64,000 nt of DNA from Holophagales bacterium UBA5704 (GCA_002420005.1 DIHE01000126.1:77536-141535), one strand, 5' to 3'. Positions 10,100 through 18,869 are shown, counted from the first letter of the stretch. Numbers and translations are program-made. Notes: generated by a model not told the origin, from the sequence alone.

Positions 10100-10100
10100 G
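10071..10100. promoter_or_regulatory. perfect inverted repeat CTGCGACAAG-N10-CTTGTCGCAG (candidate operator) about 80 bp upstream of the NAT start
   Basis: Read directly: 10-nt arms at 10071-10080 and 10091-10100, built from the array motif. Confidence 0.5.
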
Positions 10101-10181
10101 GCTGGCGGGAGCCGGAGACGGGCCGGACGAGGCGCAAGCCAGGAGCGAGGACGCCGCCGGCCGAGGGTACAATCCCCCGCC

Positions 10182-10934
10182 GTGGACGTCTCGGCCTATC
10201 TCGACCGCATCGGCTACCGGGGCTCGCTCGCCCCGTCGCCCGCGACCCTCCAAGCCTTGCAGGAGGCGCATCTGCTCCGCGTCCCGTTCGAGAACCTCAG
10301 CATCCACGCAGGGCAGCCGATCGTCCTTGACCTGGATGCTTTGTTCGACAAGGTGGTGACGCGGCGGCGCGGTGGCTTCTGTTATGAGCTGAACGGACTG
10401 TTCGCCGCCCTGCTCCGTACACTGGGATTCGAGGTCGCCCTCCTCTCGGCCGGCGTGGCGCGCGGGGACGGCTCGTTCGGGCCGGAGTTCGACCATCTGA
10501 CCCTGGCGATCCATCTGGAGGAGCGCCGGCTGGTGGACGTCGGTTTCGGCGACTCGTTCCGCCGCCCGTTGCGGCTCGATGCACGGGAGGAGCAGGTGGA
10601 GGGAGAGCGGTCCTATCGCCTCGACGCGGAGGAGGACCGGCTGGTCCTGCGGCAGCGCAAGGACGCCGAAGGTCCGTGGGAGGCGCAGTACCGGTTCACC
10701 CTCCAGCCGCACGAGCTGGCGGAGTACGCGGCGATGTGCCGCCATCATCAGACGTCGCCGGAGTCTCCGTTCACCCGCAAGAGGCTCTGCTCGCTGGCTC
10801 TGCCGGACGGCCGGCTGACGCTGAGCGACGGGACGCTCCTCACCACCCGCGGCGGGGTGCGGGAGGAGCGGGTGCTGGCGGACGAGGCGGAGCAGGCGAC
10901 GGTGCTGCGCGAACGGTTCGGCGTGGTGGTGTGA
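10182..10934 (+). CDS. nat: arylamine N-acetyltransferase
   Basis: VDVSAYLDRIGY N-terminus, VPFENL, and catalytic Cys context RRGGFCYELNGLF. GTG start at 10182; the long upstream extension of the track ORF is rejected. Confidence 0.8.
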   Translation: MDVSAYLDRIGYRGSLAPSPATLQALQEAHLLRVPFENLSIHAGQPIVLDLDALFDKVVTRRRGGFCYELNGLFAALLRTLGFEVALLSAGVARGDGSFGPEFDHLTLAIHLEERRLVDVGFGDSFRRPLRLDAREEQVEGERSYRLDAEEDRLVLRQRKDAEGPWEAQYRFTLQPHELAEYAAMCRHHQTSPESPFTRKRLCSLALPDGRLTLSDGTLLTTRGGVREERVLADEAEQATVLRERFGVVV

Positions 10935-10947
10935 GGAGCACAACGCA

Positions 10948-12012
10948 ATGGCCTGGGAAGAGAACGAAGCACAGCGGCATCAATTCATCCTCGACGGGCA
11001 GCAGCACGCCGATTTCTTTCTGACCCCGCTGGCCGATCCCGCCGGCAAGTCGGTCCTGGTGCTCGGCGCGGGCGCCGGCACGGACTGCCTGTGGGCGCTG
11101 CGCCAGGGAGCGCACGAGGTGGTGGGGCTCGACGTGCTGGAACAGGACCTCGGGGCGCTACGGGCGGCGGCGGTGCAGTGCGGGCTCGATCCGGGGCGCG
11201 TCTCGTTTCACCGCAAGAGCCTCGCCGAGGCGCCCGCGCTGGGGCGGCGCTTCGACCTGGTGCTCTCGAACAACGTCTTCGAGCACGTGGCGGACCTCCG
11301 CGGCGCCTTCGCCGCCTGCGCCCAGGTCGTCGAGCCCGGCCGCGGCCGGGTGGCGATCTTCTCCGCGCCGCTCTTCTATGCCTCGAGCGGATCGCATCTG
11401 CCGACCGCGCCCTGGGAGCATCTGTGGGGCGATCCGGAGACGCTGCGCGACCGGCTGCTGGCGAGCGGGGCGCTGCGCCCCGGCCATGCCCTGGAGGACC
11501 TGAGCCTGGGCGAGTACATGGACCAGGAGATCTGCCTCAACCGCGCGCGCCTCGCCGATTCGCTCGACGCCATCCGGGCGAGCGGCCTCACCTGGCTGCA
11601 TCTGTCGCTGCTGCCCGACCGTGCGCTGGCCGCGCTGCCGCGGTACCTGGAGCCGATCCGCCGCCGTTGTCCGGTGGACCTCGATGTGGCGGACCTGGCG
11701 GTCGAGGGGTATGGGGTGGAGCTGGTCCTGCCGGCCGAGGCGGCGGAGGGGGTGGGCTATCGGCCGGTCGCCGCGGTGCGCCTCGACGACGAGCGGGGCC
11801 GCCACGGTGCGGACCTTGCGGCGGCCGAGGCCATGATCGAGGCCGGCAAGAAGGAGGCGGCGGAGCTGCGGCTCCAGATCGCCGGCCTGCAGGAGGGGAT
11901 GGGCCATCTGCATGCCCTCCTCGCCCGGGTGGAGGCGAGCTGGAGCTTCCGGCTCGGCCGTGCCCTCACCGCGCCGGGGCGCTGGCTGCGCGCGCGCTCC
12001 GGCGGCGGTTGA
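10948..12012 (+). CDS. class I SAM-dependent methyltransferase with a C-terminal coiled-coil region
   Basis: Motif I VLVLGAGAGTD, post-I VVGLD, VLSNNVFEHV, and a C-terminal heptad-like segment. It starts 13 nt after nat. Confidence 0.7.
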   Translation: MAWEENEAQRHQFILDGQQHADFFLTPLADPAGKSVLVLGAGAGTDCLWALRQGAHEVVGLDVLEQDLGALRAAAVQCGLDPGRVSFHRKSLAEAPALGRRFDLVLSNNVFEHVADLRGAFAACAQVVEPGRGRVAIFSAPLFYASSGSHLPTAPWEHLWGDPETLRDRLLASGALRPGHALEDLSLGEYMDQEICLNRARLADSLDAIRASGLTWLHLSLLPDRALAALPRYLEPIRRRCPVDLDVADLAVEGYGVELVLPAEAAEGVGYRPVAAVRLDDERGRHGADLAAAEAMIEAGKKEAAELRLQIAGLQEGMGHLHALLARVEASWSFRLGRALTAPGRWLRARSGGG

Positions 12013-12018
12013 CGGGCT

Positions 12019-12915
12019 TCAGCCCTGCGGGGCCGACGTGGCCTGTTTTGCCTCGGCCATCGCCGAACGCAGCATCGAGACCGCCGCATAGAGGACGACG
12101 GCGACGACCAGCCAGCGCAGCGCAGTGAGCGGCAACGACTTGACCACGAAGGCGGCCAGGAAGACCGCCGGCACACCGCCGAGCCCGAGACCCAGTGCGG
12201 TGCGCAGGCTGTAGCGCTCGCTCTGGATGAACTTGACGCTCCCCACCGGCATCAGGAACGCGCAGGAGCCCATCATGATCGGGAAGGCCGCCGTCGGGTT
12301 CATCCCCAGCAGGCTGACCAGGATCATGCAGGGGCCGTACAGACCGACACCGGCCTCCATCAGCGCGCCGAGGATGAAGTTGCCCACCAGGCCGGCCACC
12401 AGCAGGCCGCCGGAGAGCGCCAGGGTGTCGCCGCCGGGGGGTGCGATCTCGAAGATCCGCAGCAGGAACAGCGCGGCGGCCACCAACAGCGCGAAGCCCA
12501 TGATGAGCTGGATCTTGCGCCGCGAGGCCCGCGCCACGAAGCCGGCGCCGAGCCAGGAGCCGAGCACCGCCGCCAGGATCATCAGCACCAGCGTCTTCAG
12601 CTCCACGGTGACGATGGCGATGAAGATGAAGGCCTGGGCGATGGTGGGCAGCGTGTGCCCCACGTTCAGGGTGCCCGGGATCTTCTCGTCCGGAACGGAC
12701 CGCGTCATCTTGAGGGCCGCCGTGGTCGGCGCGAACGAGCCGATCCCCAGGGTGTCGAAGAAGTTGGTCACGAAGCCGAGGGCGAGATCGAAGAGGGTCG
12801 GTGCGGCCGTCTGGCCGTGGGAGCCGAGGCGGCGGGCGCGCAATACCGCGGCCGCCAACACCAGCAGGTAGAGGACGCCGACGGCGCCCAGCGCGACGAA
12901 GAGGGCTGTTTTCAC
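12019..12915 (-). CDS. TauE/SafE (TSUP) family anion-export membrane protein
   Basis: About 8 TM helices with the internal duplicated Gly-rich pattern typical of TSUP, 298 aa. Confidence 0.6.
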   Translation of the reverse strand: MKTALFVALGAVGVLYLLVLAAAVLRARRLGSHGQTAAPTLFDLALGFVTNFFDTLGIGSFAPTTAALKMTRSVPDEKIPGTLNVGHTLPTIAQAFIFIAIVTVELKTLVLMILAAVLGSWLGAGFVARASRRKIQLIMGFALLVAAALFLLRIFEIAPPGGDTLALSGGLLVAGLVGNFILGALMEAGVGLYGPCMILVSLLGMNPTAAFPIMMGSCAFLMPVGSVKFIQSERYSLRTALGLGLGGVPAVFLAAFVVKSLPLTALRWLVVAVVLYAAVSMLRSAMAEAKQATSAPQG

Positions 12916-12924
12916 GCCGGAATC

Positions 12925-13503
12925 TTACACCGGCCGGTCGCTGCGCAGCAGCCCGAAGATCACCGAGTCCTGGATGTCGCCGTCCTTGATATACCGCTCG
13001 CGCAGATATCCCTCGCGGCGGAAGCCGAGCTTTTCGAGCACGCGCAAGGACGGCGCGTTGCGTGGATCGACGTCGGCTTCGATGCGGTGCAGGCCGAGCT
13101 CGCCGAAGGCATGGTCGAGGACGGCGGCCAGGGCGTCGAGCATGAGGCCCCGGCCCCAGGCGGTGCGCGCGAGAGCGAAGCCGATCTCGGCGCGCCGGTT
13201 GTCCCAGTCGAGGCCGCCCAGGGTGGTGGTGCCGACGATGCGGCCGCCGCTCTCGATCCCCCACTGGAAGAGGGTGCGGGTATGGAATCCCTCGTGGATG
13301 CCGGCGAGGAACTCCTCGGTCATCTCCCGGCTCGTCTGGCAACGGATCGCCAGGAAGCGGGCGACTTCGGGATCCGAGAAGATCGCATGGAGGTCGTCGA
13401 CGTCGTCGGTGGTGAGATGCCGCAGGTGCACCCGGGAGCCACGGAGGGTGGGGAGACCCCCTTCGCGGGGGGCGCCGGCAGTTGGGCGGGGGGCGCGGTG
13501 CAT
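12925..13503 (-). CDS. GNAT family N-acetyltransferase (RimJ/RimL-like)
   Basis: …RRAEIGFALARTAWGRGLMLDALAAVLDHAFGELGLHRIEADVDPRNAPSLRVLEKLGFRREG matches the GNAT A/B motifs. Confidence 0.8.
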   Translation of the reverse strand: MHRAPRPTAGAPREGGLPTLRGSRVHLRHLTTDDVDDLHAIFSDPEVARFLAIRCQTSREMTEEFLAGIHEGFHTRTLFQWGIESGGRIVGTTTLGGLDWDNRRAEIGFALARTAWGRGLMLDALAAVLDHAFGELGLHRIEADVDPRNAPSLRVLEKLGFRREGYLRERYIKDGDIQDSVIFGLLRSDRPV

Positions 13504-13597
13504 CGCGGAATCTTAGCCGAAGGTTCCCTGTGCTATCGTCCGGCCGATCACAGCAACAGCCGGTGGAGTTCCCCTTTTGACCCATGGAGGAGAGTGC

Positions 13598-14431
13598 ATG
13601 AGCTCCGAAGATGACGTGAAGACGCCGTACGACAAGTTTGAGCTGGCCACCGCGATTCTGCTGGGCATGACCGCCCTCGGCGCCGCTCTGGCCGGACAGC
13701 AGGGCGGGCAATGGGGAGGCAAACAGCTCGAGGCCTTCAGCGCCGCCAACAGCCTGACCACCAAGGCGGCCACCCAGTACACCGAGGACACCGTCCTGGT
13801 GAACGCCGACTACGCGGCCGTGGCGGCGGCCAAGTCGTTCATCCTGCAGGCGCGCGACGCCTCCGGCCAGGCCCGGGAGCGCAACTTCGACCTGGCGAGC
13901 TACTACTACACCTACCAGATGAGCGAGCTGGGTTACAAAGCCATGGGACTGCCCATGGACTACTACGTCGAGGACGAGGAAGAAGGGGGCGAGGAGGCCG
14001 CGCCGCAGGGCGAGGAGGCCCAGGCGGTCGAAGCCGCCACCACCGAAGACGCCGCAGCGGATGAAGAGGCGGCGGCGGATGGGGAGGAGGACCCCGAGGC
14101 GATCGCAGAGACCGCGCTGGAACGGGACCTTCCGGATGAGGTTCTCCTGGCGTCGCTGGGCACCGAGCTCGATGACGAATACATCGACCAGGCGCTCGCC
14201 GCGGGAACCAAGATGTTCGAGGATGCCGACAAGCGGTTCGAGGAGGGACGGCAGGCGAACGACAACGGAGACAAGTTCGACCTCGCGGTCGTCTTCTACA
14301 CCGTCGCCCTGTTCTTCGCCGGTCTGGGACTGGTCTTCAAGACGCCGATGCGCTGGAAGTTCTTCTTCGCGGGCCTGTTGTTCTTCGGCGGGACCACGAT
14401 CTACATGCTCACCCTGAACTGGACGACCTAG
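13598..14431 (+). CDS. hypothetical membrane protein with a central acidic low-complexity region
   Basis: ATG at 13598 follows GGAGGAGAG. One N-terminal and two C-terminal TM helices flank a central E/D/A-rich stretch. Confidence 0.55.
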   Translation: MSSEDDVKTPYDKFELATAILLGMTALGAALAGQQGGQWGGKQLEAFSAANSLTTKAATQYTEDTVLVNADYAAVAAAKSFILQARDASGQARERNFDLASYYYTYQMSELGYKAMGLPMDYYVEDEEEGGEEAAPQGEEAQAVEAATTEDAAADEEAAADGEEDPEAIAETALERDLPDEVLLASLGTELDDEYIDQALAAGTKMFEDADKRFEEGRQANDNGDKFDLAVVFYTVALFFAGLGLVFKTPMRWKFFFAGLLFFGGTTIYMLTLNWTT

Positions 14432-14473
14432 TCTTCTCCTGGTCGGTGCCGGTGCAGCACGCCGGGGCGGCGC

Positions 14474-16462
14474 TCACGAAGGAAGGAAACGCACCGACTC
14501 CAGGCAGGGCAGGGCACTCCCCTGGCGGGTCAACCAGAGCACGGTGGAGCCCTGGGCGCCCGCCGGCCAGGGGAGGCGCGCCTCCGTCCAGGCGGTGCGC
14601 CCGAGGGTGATGGCGTGCTCGACCGCGGCGTCAGGTCCCCCGGATCGGACGGCGAGCGCGCCCCGGTCTTCCTGGAGGAGCGCGGCGCGCAGGCCGATCG
14701 AGCGCGTTCCGGCCGGAACCTCCAGCCCGACGCCACCCAGGATCGGCCGGCATCCTTCGAGACGGGGCGGCCCGGAAATCCCCGGCAGGAGCAGGGCGAA
14801 GCTCGCCTGGCGCTGCTCCGGCGCCCGCATCCAGCGGACCTGCGCCCGCTCTTCGTCGGGGAGCCAGGCGAAGTCGACACCGGGTCCGGCGAGCGGTGTT
14901 CCCTGGAGGAGCTCCCGCCGCACCTCGGCGACCACGGTGCCTCCAGGGGCCGGTGCCGGCACCAGGGGGCGGCCGAGGAGCTGCGGGACGCGCAGGAGGT
15001 CGGGGTTGACCGCGGCGATCGTGGGCGGTGCCGGGCGGCGGGCGAGGCTCTCGACGATCGAGCCCGCGCCATGGCGGTAGGCGAGGGTCAGGCCGGGCGT
15101 TCCCAATCCGATCAGGTCGATCATCGGGCCGTCGTGGGCCAGGGCGATGAGGCCGGCGTCATTGAGCAGGAGGACGTCGCCGCGCCCCTGGCTCGACAGC
15201 CAGCTCACCGCCCGGCCATGGCGCCGGAAGAGGTCGGTCGCCGCCGCGGTGTGCTCCCGCGCCCACAGGTGGGTGGTGGCGAGGAGCGCCGCCGGGAGAA
15301 GCAGCGCGAGGGCGCGCCAGCGGGGCGCGAGCCCCCCGGCCGACCGGCGGCGCACCCAGGCTTCGATCGTCAGCGCCGATCCCGCGATCGCCAGCACCCA
15401 GGCGGCGGCGAGCCCGGCGTGGTGGTGGCGCATCTGCTGCCACGCCAGGTAGGAGGAGAGAGGCGCGGTGAGGAACAGGACAGCCCACGCGGCGGCCAGG
15501 GGGGCCAGAGGCGCCAGCGGCGATGCCTGGTGCCGCCGGAGGGCGCGCGCGCCGGCCAGCCCGACGGCGAGCGCCGTGGCGACGGCGAGGAGCCCGACCG
15601 GGAACCACAGCGCCGGGGTGCGCCCGGCATACACGGGCAGGAGGACGCTGCGGGCGGTCAGCCACCAGGCTTCCGGGAGCCGGCTCGCCGGTACGAAGGC
15701 TGCGTGGGTCCAGGACTTGGCGAGGGCTCCGGCCGGCTCGGCGGCTCCGGTGGCGGCGAGATGGAGCAGGGCCAGGCCGGCGCCCGGCAGGAGGGCGAGC
15801 AGAGCCGTCCCGCGGCGGCGCGGCCCGCGGCCGAGCAGGGCGGCGCCCACGGCGAGAAGGGTCAGGAAGGCGTTTTCCGGACGGGCCAGCGGGAGGAGGG
15901 CCACCAGGGTGAGAGGCGTCGCCCAGCGCGCCGCGGCCGGCTCGCGGAGCGCCCGGCTCCAGGCTGCGCAGGCGGCGAGGATCAAGGCGGCGTTCAAGGC
16001 GCTTTCCATCCCGGCGACGGCACCGAAGCCGACCGGCCCGGACCACACGACGGTGAGCCCGCCGGCGAGCGGCCAGGGCTCCGCCACGCCCGCCGCGCGC
16101 AGGGCGGCCGCCGTGGCGAGGCCGAGGAGGAAGAGGCTCAGCACACCCACGCCGCGCGACCAGAGAGACCAGATCCCGGGGTCGGACGACAGCCGGTGGA
16201 CCGGTACCAGAGGCAGGGTGAACAGCAACGAGGAGGCTCCCGAGGAGGGCTCGCCCTCGTTCCACTGCATCGGCAAGCCGCGCGCCGCCTGCCGGGCGTA
16301 GCGGACGAAGATGTAGGCGTCGTCCACGGCAAGCAGCCAGGGAGGAGGGGCGGCGAGCCCCGGAGCGCGGTTCGGATGGCGCAGAGGAGCCGTGAGGAGC
16401 GCGGCGAAGAGGAGCGCCGCGGCCAGAAGAAGGACGGCTTCGACGAGCCGTCGGCGGGTCAC
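14474..16462 (-). CDS. large polytopic membrane protein, possibly a GT-C-fold glycosyltransferase
   Basis: The GTG at 16462 overlaps the upstream TGA (GTGA). About 12 TM helices with an early-loop VDDAYIFVRYAR acidic motif, then a roughly 230-aa soluble C-terminal domain. Confidence 0.55.
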   Translation of the reverse strand: MTRRRLVEAVLLLAAALLFAALLTAPLRHPNRAPGLAAPPPWLLAVDDAYIFVRYARQAARGLPMQWNEGEPSSGASSLLFTLPLVPVHRLSSDPGIWSLWSRGVGVLSLFLLGLATAAALRAAGVAEPWPLAGGLTVVWSGPVGFGAVAGMESALNAALILAACAAWSRALREPAAARWATPLTLVALLPLARPENAFLTLLAVGAALLGRGPRRRGTALLALLPGAGLALLHLAATGAAEPAGALAKSWTHAAFVPASRLPEAWWLTARSVLLPVYAGRTPALWFPVGLLAVATALAVGLAGARALRRHQASPLAPLAPLAAAWAVLFLTAPLSSYLAWQQMRHHHAGLAAAWVLAIAGSALTIEAWVRRRSAGGLAPRWRALALLLPAALLATTHLWAREHTAAATDLFRRHGRAVSWLSSQGRGDVLLLNDAGLIALAHDGPMIDLIGLGTPGLTLAYRHGAGSIVESLARRPAPPTIAAVNPDLLRVPQLLGRPLVPAPAPGGTVVAEVRRELLQGTPLAGPGVDFAWLPDEERAQVRWMRAPEQRQASFALLLPGISGPPRLEGCRPILGGVGLEVPAGTRSIGLRAALLQEDRGALAVRSGGPDAAVEHAITLGRTAWTEARLPWPAGAQGSTVLWLTRQGSALPCLESVRFLPS

Positions 16463-17685
16463 CGCCAGACCCTCGTCTGCGGGTGATGGGTCCGCCAGTC
16501 GAACCAGGCGTCGAGCAGGACGTAGACCCGGGTCAGCCGCCGGCCCGCCAGGGGACCGCTCAGGGCCTCGCCGGCGAAGCTCCAGGTGCTCCCGGTCTCG
16601 GCGTCCAGCAGGACGAGCGGCGGCCCGCCCGGCCGGGCGAACAGATCGAGGGTGCGGCCGTCGATCCGCCGGTCGAAGACCCGGAGCGAGCGGCCGTCCT
16701 CGCCCACCACCAGCAGCAGCGGAACCCCCGCCAGGGTGTCGAGCACGGGGCTTTCCCGCCGCAGCCTGGCGACGGAATAGGCCTTGGAGGCCCCGGGCAG
16801 GGCGATCCCCGCGACCAGCTCGCGGGGATCGAACGGATCGCCCGGTCTCTCGGGGGTCACCACCGGCAGCTTCGCCGTCTCCGCTTCCCAGTCGTGCGAG
16901 AACTCCCGCCACGGTGCGCCGTCGTCCGGCCGCAGCACCCGCCCTCCCGGCTGTTCCCGCTTCCAGAGCCCGAAGGAGATCTCGTCGTGGTGCACGAGGT
17001 CCAAGGTGCGGCCCTTGAGCGGCCCGAACAGGGCTTCGCCGGTCACCTGCTGCCACCATGATCCCGTCTGCTCGTCCTGCATCAGAAAATTCTGGTTGTT
17101 GATTCCCGTGAGGTGGAACCGGAGGGTCCGCCCGTCGATCTCTGCTCTCCACACCAGACCGGTGTGACAGAGCGTTCAGTAGGTGACGGCCACGGGGACG
17201 CCGCCGACCACATCCTGCACGATGTGATGGTAGGCGACCTGGCGCACCGGATAAGCCGCGGTGTCGCCGTTCAGGGTGACCGCGAGCACCGCCTCGTCCT
17301 CTGCGACCCAGGCGGCCTCGGCGGCGGTGGCGTAGCGGGGGTCCGGCAGCGGCGCGAACATCCTCTCGAAGAGGTTCTGGCGGGATTGCCAGGCGGTGCC
17401 GAGGAGGGGCAGGAAGGCGAGGACGAGGAGGACCCGGCTCCTCCACCGTGCGCCGCGCCACAGCACCCCGGCGCACAGGACCGCGGCGGCCCCTGCGCCG
17501 AGAGTCAACCCGGGGGCGAGGCGGCGCATCCAGAACGCCACGGCGAGCCCGTCGGGTGTCTGCGGCGCGAACGGACGGATGAGCCAGACCGGCAGCGCCA
17601 CCAGGGCGAGACTCACCAAGACCAGACACACGAGACCGGCGCCCGCCAGACGGCGGAGGCCCGGCAAGGACCGCGGCTCAGACAT
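16459..17685 (-). CDS. DUF3179 family membrane-anchored protein with an in-frame UGA (17178-17176), candidate selenocysteine (UxxC)
   Basis: Track ORFs 17176-17685 and 16459-17154 share one frame and are separated only by TGA plus 7 sense codons. The joined sequence …VGGVPVAVTY-U-TLCHTGLVWRAEIDGRTLRFHLTG…QTGSWWQQ matches the DUF3179 core as I recall it. Confidence 0.6.
17145..17172 (-). other. candidate bacterial SECIS hairpin
   Basis: The mRNA CUCUGUCACACC-GGUCU-GGUGUGGAGAG forms 7 bp (one G.U), one bulged G and 4 more bp. The hairpin starts 4 nt after the UGA, and the apical GGUCU loop begins 15 nt after it. Confidence 0.5.
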
Positions 17686-18109
17686 GTTTCTCTCCTTTCG
17701 ATCGCGCCGAGGGCTCCGGCGCCGGCACGGCGACCAGCTTGCGGAACAGCTCGTCGAGCGCCTGCTCGGGGGCCCGGCAGAGGCCGGAGTGGACGGGCGA
17801 GACCTGCACCACGGTGCTGCGCGGGGCCACCAGCCAGTGGAAACGCTCGCGCCGCGACAGGCGGGCGATGGGGCCGGCGTCGGGAAGGCCGGCGCAGATG
17901 CGGGGGACGGCCTCCAGGTGGCGCCGGATCGTCTCGACGTCCGTCTCCGGCCAGAGCGCGCGCAGGCGGGGTGCGTCCACGGTGACCCGCGCGGCGAGCA
18001 CGTCCCGCTCGAGGCAGAACAGGATCACTCCGGCGTTGAGCTGCTCGCCGCGCTCCACCCGTGGCACCACGCGCAGAATCGCGTAGTCAAACGAGCTGGG
18101 CGCGGGCAC
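17678..18109 (-). CDS. DUF3037 domain protein
   Basis: FDYAILRVVPRVERGEQLNAGVILFC is the characteristic DUF3037 N-terminus. The GTG at 18109 lies 6 nt after GGAGG (alternative GTG at 18133). It overlaps the downstream gene by 8 nt. Confidence 0.7.
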   Translation of the reverse strand: MPAPSSFDYAILRVVPRVERGEQLNAGVILFCLERDVLAARVTVDAPRLRALWPETDVETIRRHLEAVPRICAGLPDAGPIARLSRRERFHWLVAPRSTVVQVSPVHSGLCRAPEQALDELFRKLVAVPAPEPSARSKGEKHV

Positions 18110-18869
18110 GCTCCGCCTCCTCGACGAACGCACGGGCGGCGGCGAGCCGTCCGGTCAGAAAGGCCAGGTAGCCGGCGCGCCGCCCGGCCGGCGTAAGGTC
18201 CCCCGGAGCGGCGCGCAGCCATGCGTCCGGGACCTCGTCCAGGATCGCGGCGAGCCGCGCCGCGGGGAGCAAGGCAGGAAGCCGCTCGCCGGCTTCCTCC
18301 AGCCGGCTCGCCCACGGGAGCAGCACGTGCTCGCGCACCGCGGCGAAGCGGGTCTTCGCCATCTCCTCGACGTTCTGCCAGGCGTGATGGAAGTACAGGG
18401 CCGCTCCGTGGTCGATCAGATACGGAGCGCGGTGCCAGAGCAAAAGGTTGGGATTGCGCGGCGTGCGGTCGACGTTGGTGACGAGGGCGTCGAACCAGAC
18501 GATCTCCGAGGCGAGCTCCGCCGCGAGGGAATCACCCGCCGCCGGATCGAACATCACCGAGCCCGGCAGATAGTCGAGAGCGAGATTGCAGCCGATGCTC
18601 GCCTTGAGCAGCTCGCGGATCTCCGGGTCGGGCTCGTTGCGGCCGAGCTCCACGCCGACCTCCATGAGCACCAGCTCGGGCACCGGAAGGCCCAGCGCGC
18701 GCCCGATCTCTCCGGCGACCAGCTCGGCCACCAGGGCGAGCGGCCCCTGCCCTGCGCCGCGGAACTTGAGGACGTAGAGCCCGTCGTCGTCCGCCTCGAC
18801 GAGCGCGGGCAGCGAGCCCCCTTCACGGAGGGGGGTGACGTAGCGGGTGGCGGTGACGGTGCGGAGCAT
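18087..18869 (-). CDS. HipA-like serine/threonine kinase family protein (the type usually paired with DUF3037)
   Basis: Kinase-like catalytic loop VTNVDRTPRNPNLLL and metal-binding YLIDHGAAL, 260 aa, immediately upstream of DUF3037. Confidence 0.6.
   Translation of the reverse strand: MLRTVTATRYVTPLREGGSLPALVEADDDGLYVLKFRGAGQGPLALVAELVAGEIGRALGLPVPELVLMEVGVELGRNEPDPEIRELLKASIGCNLALDYLPGSVMFDPAAGDSLAAELASEIVWFDALVTNVDRTPRNPNLLLWHRAPYLIDHGAALYFHHAWQNVEEMAKTRFAAVREHVLLPWASRLEEAGERLPALLPAARLAAILDEVPDAWLRAAPGDLTPAGRRAGYLAFLTGRLAAARAFVEEAERARAQLV

Noticed and set aside
9513-10181. N-terminal 223-codon extension of the NAT ORF. It translates the motif array as a Cys-rich repeat (…CDK…CDK…CDK…CDN…CDK…) and has fairly high GC3. 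I considered a multi-core peptide precursor.
   Set aside because: NAT homologues start at the VDVSAYLDRIGY position. Three or four of the motif copies fall in other frames (spacings of 62 and 20 bp), yet the DNA motif is equally conserved. The extension would also overlap the divergent ABC gene start. A DNA-level element explains the data better.
17176-17178. The TGA read as an ordinary stop (two separate genes or a split pseudogene), or as a reassigned codon.
   Set aside because: Not fully excluded. However, the stop falls exactly at a conserved CxxC Cys, the frame continues, and a SECIS-like hairpin follows. Reassignment is unlikely because TGA terminates many well-defined genes in this window.
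16463-17629. The upstream 389 codons of the 1051-aa ORF 14474-17629, read as part of the membrane protein.
   Set aside because: This part lies in a different frame over the DUF3179 gene and is Arg/Pro/Gly-rich. The GTG at 16462 overlaps the DUF3179 stop and gives a sensible TM-rich protein.
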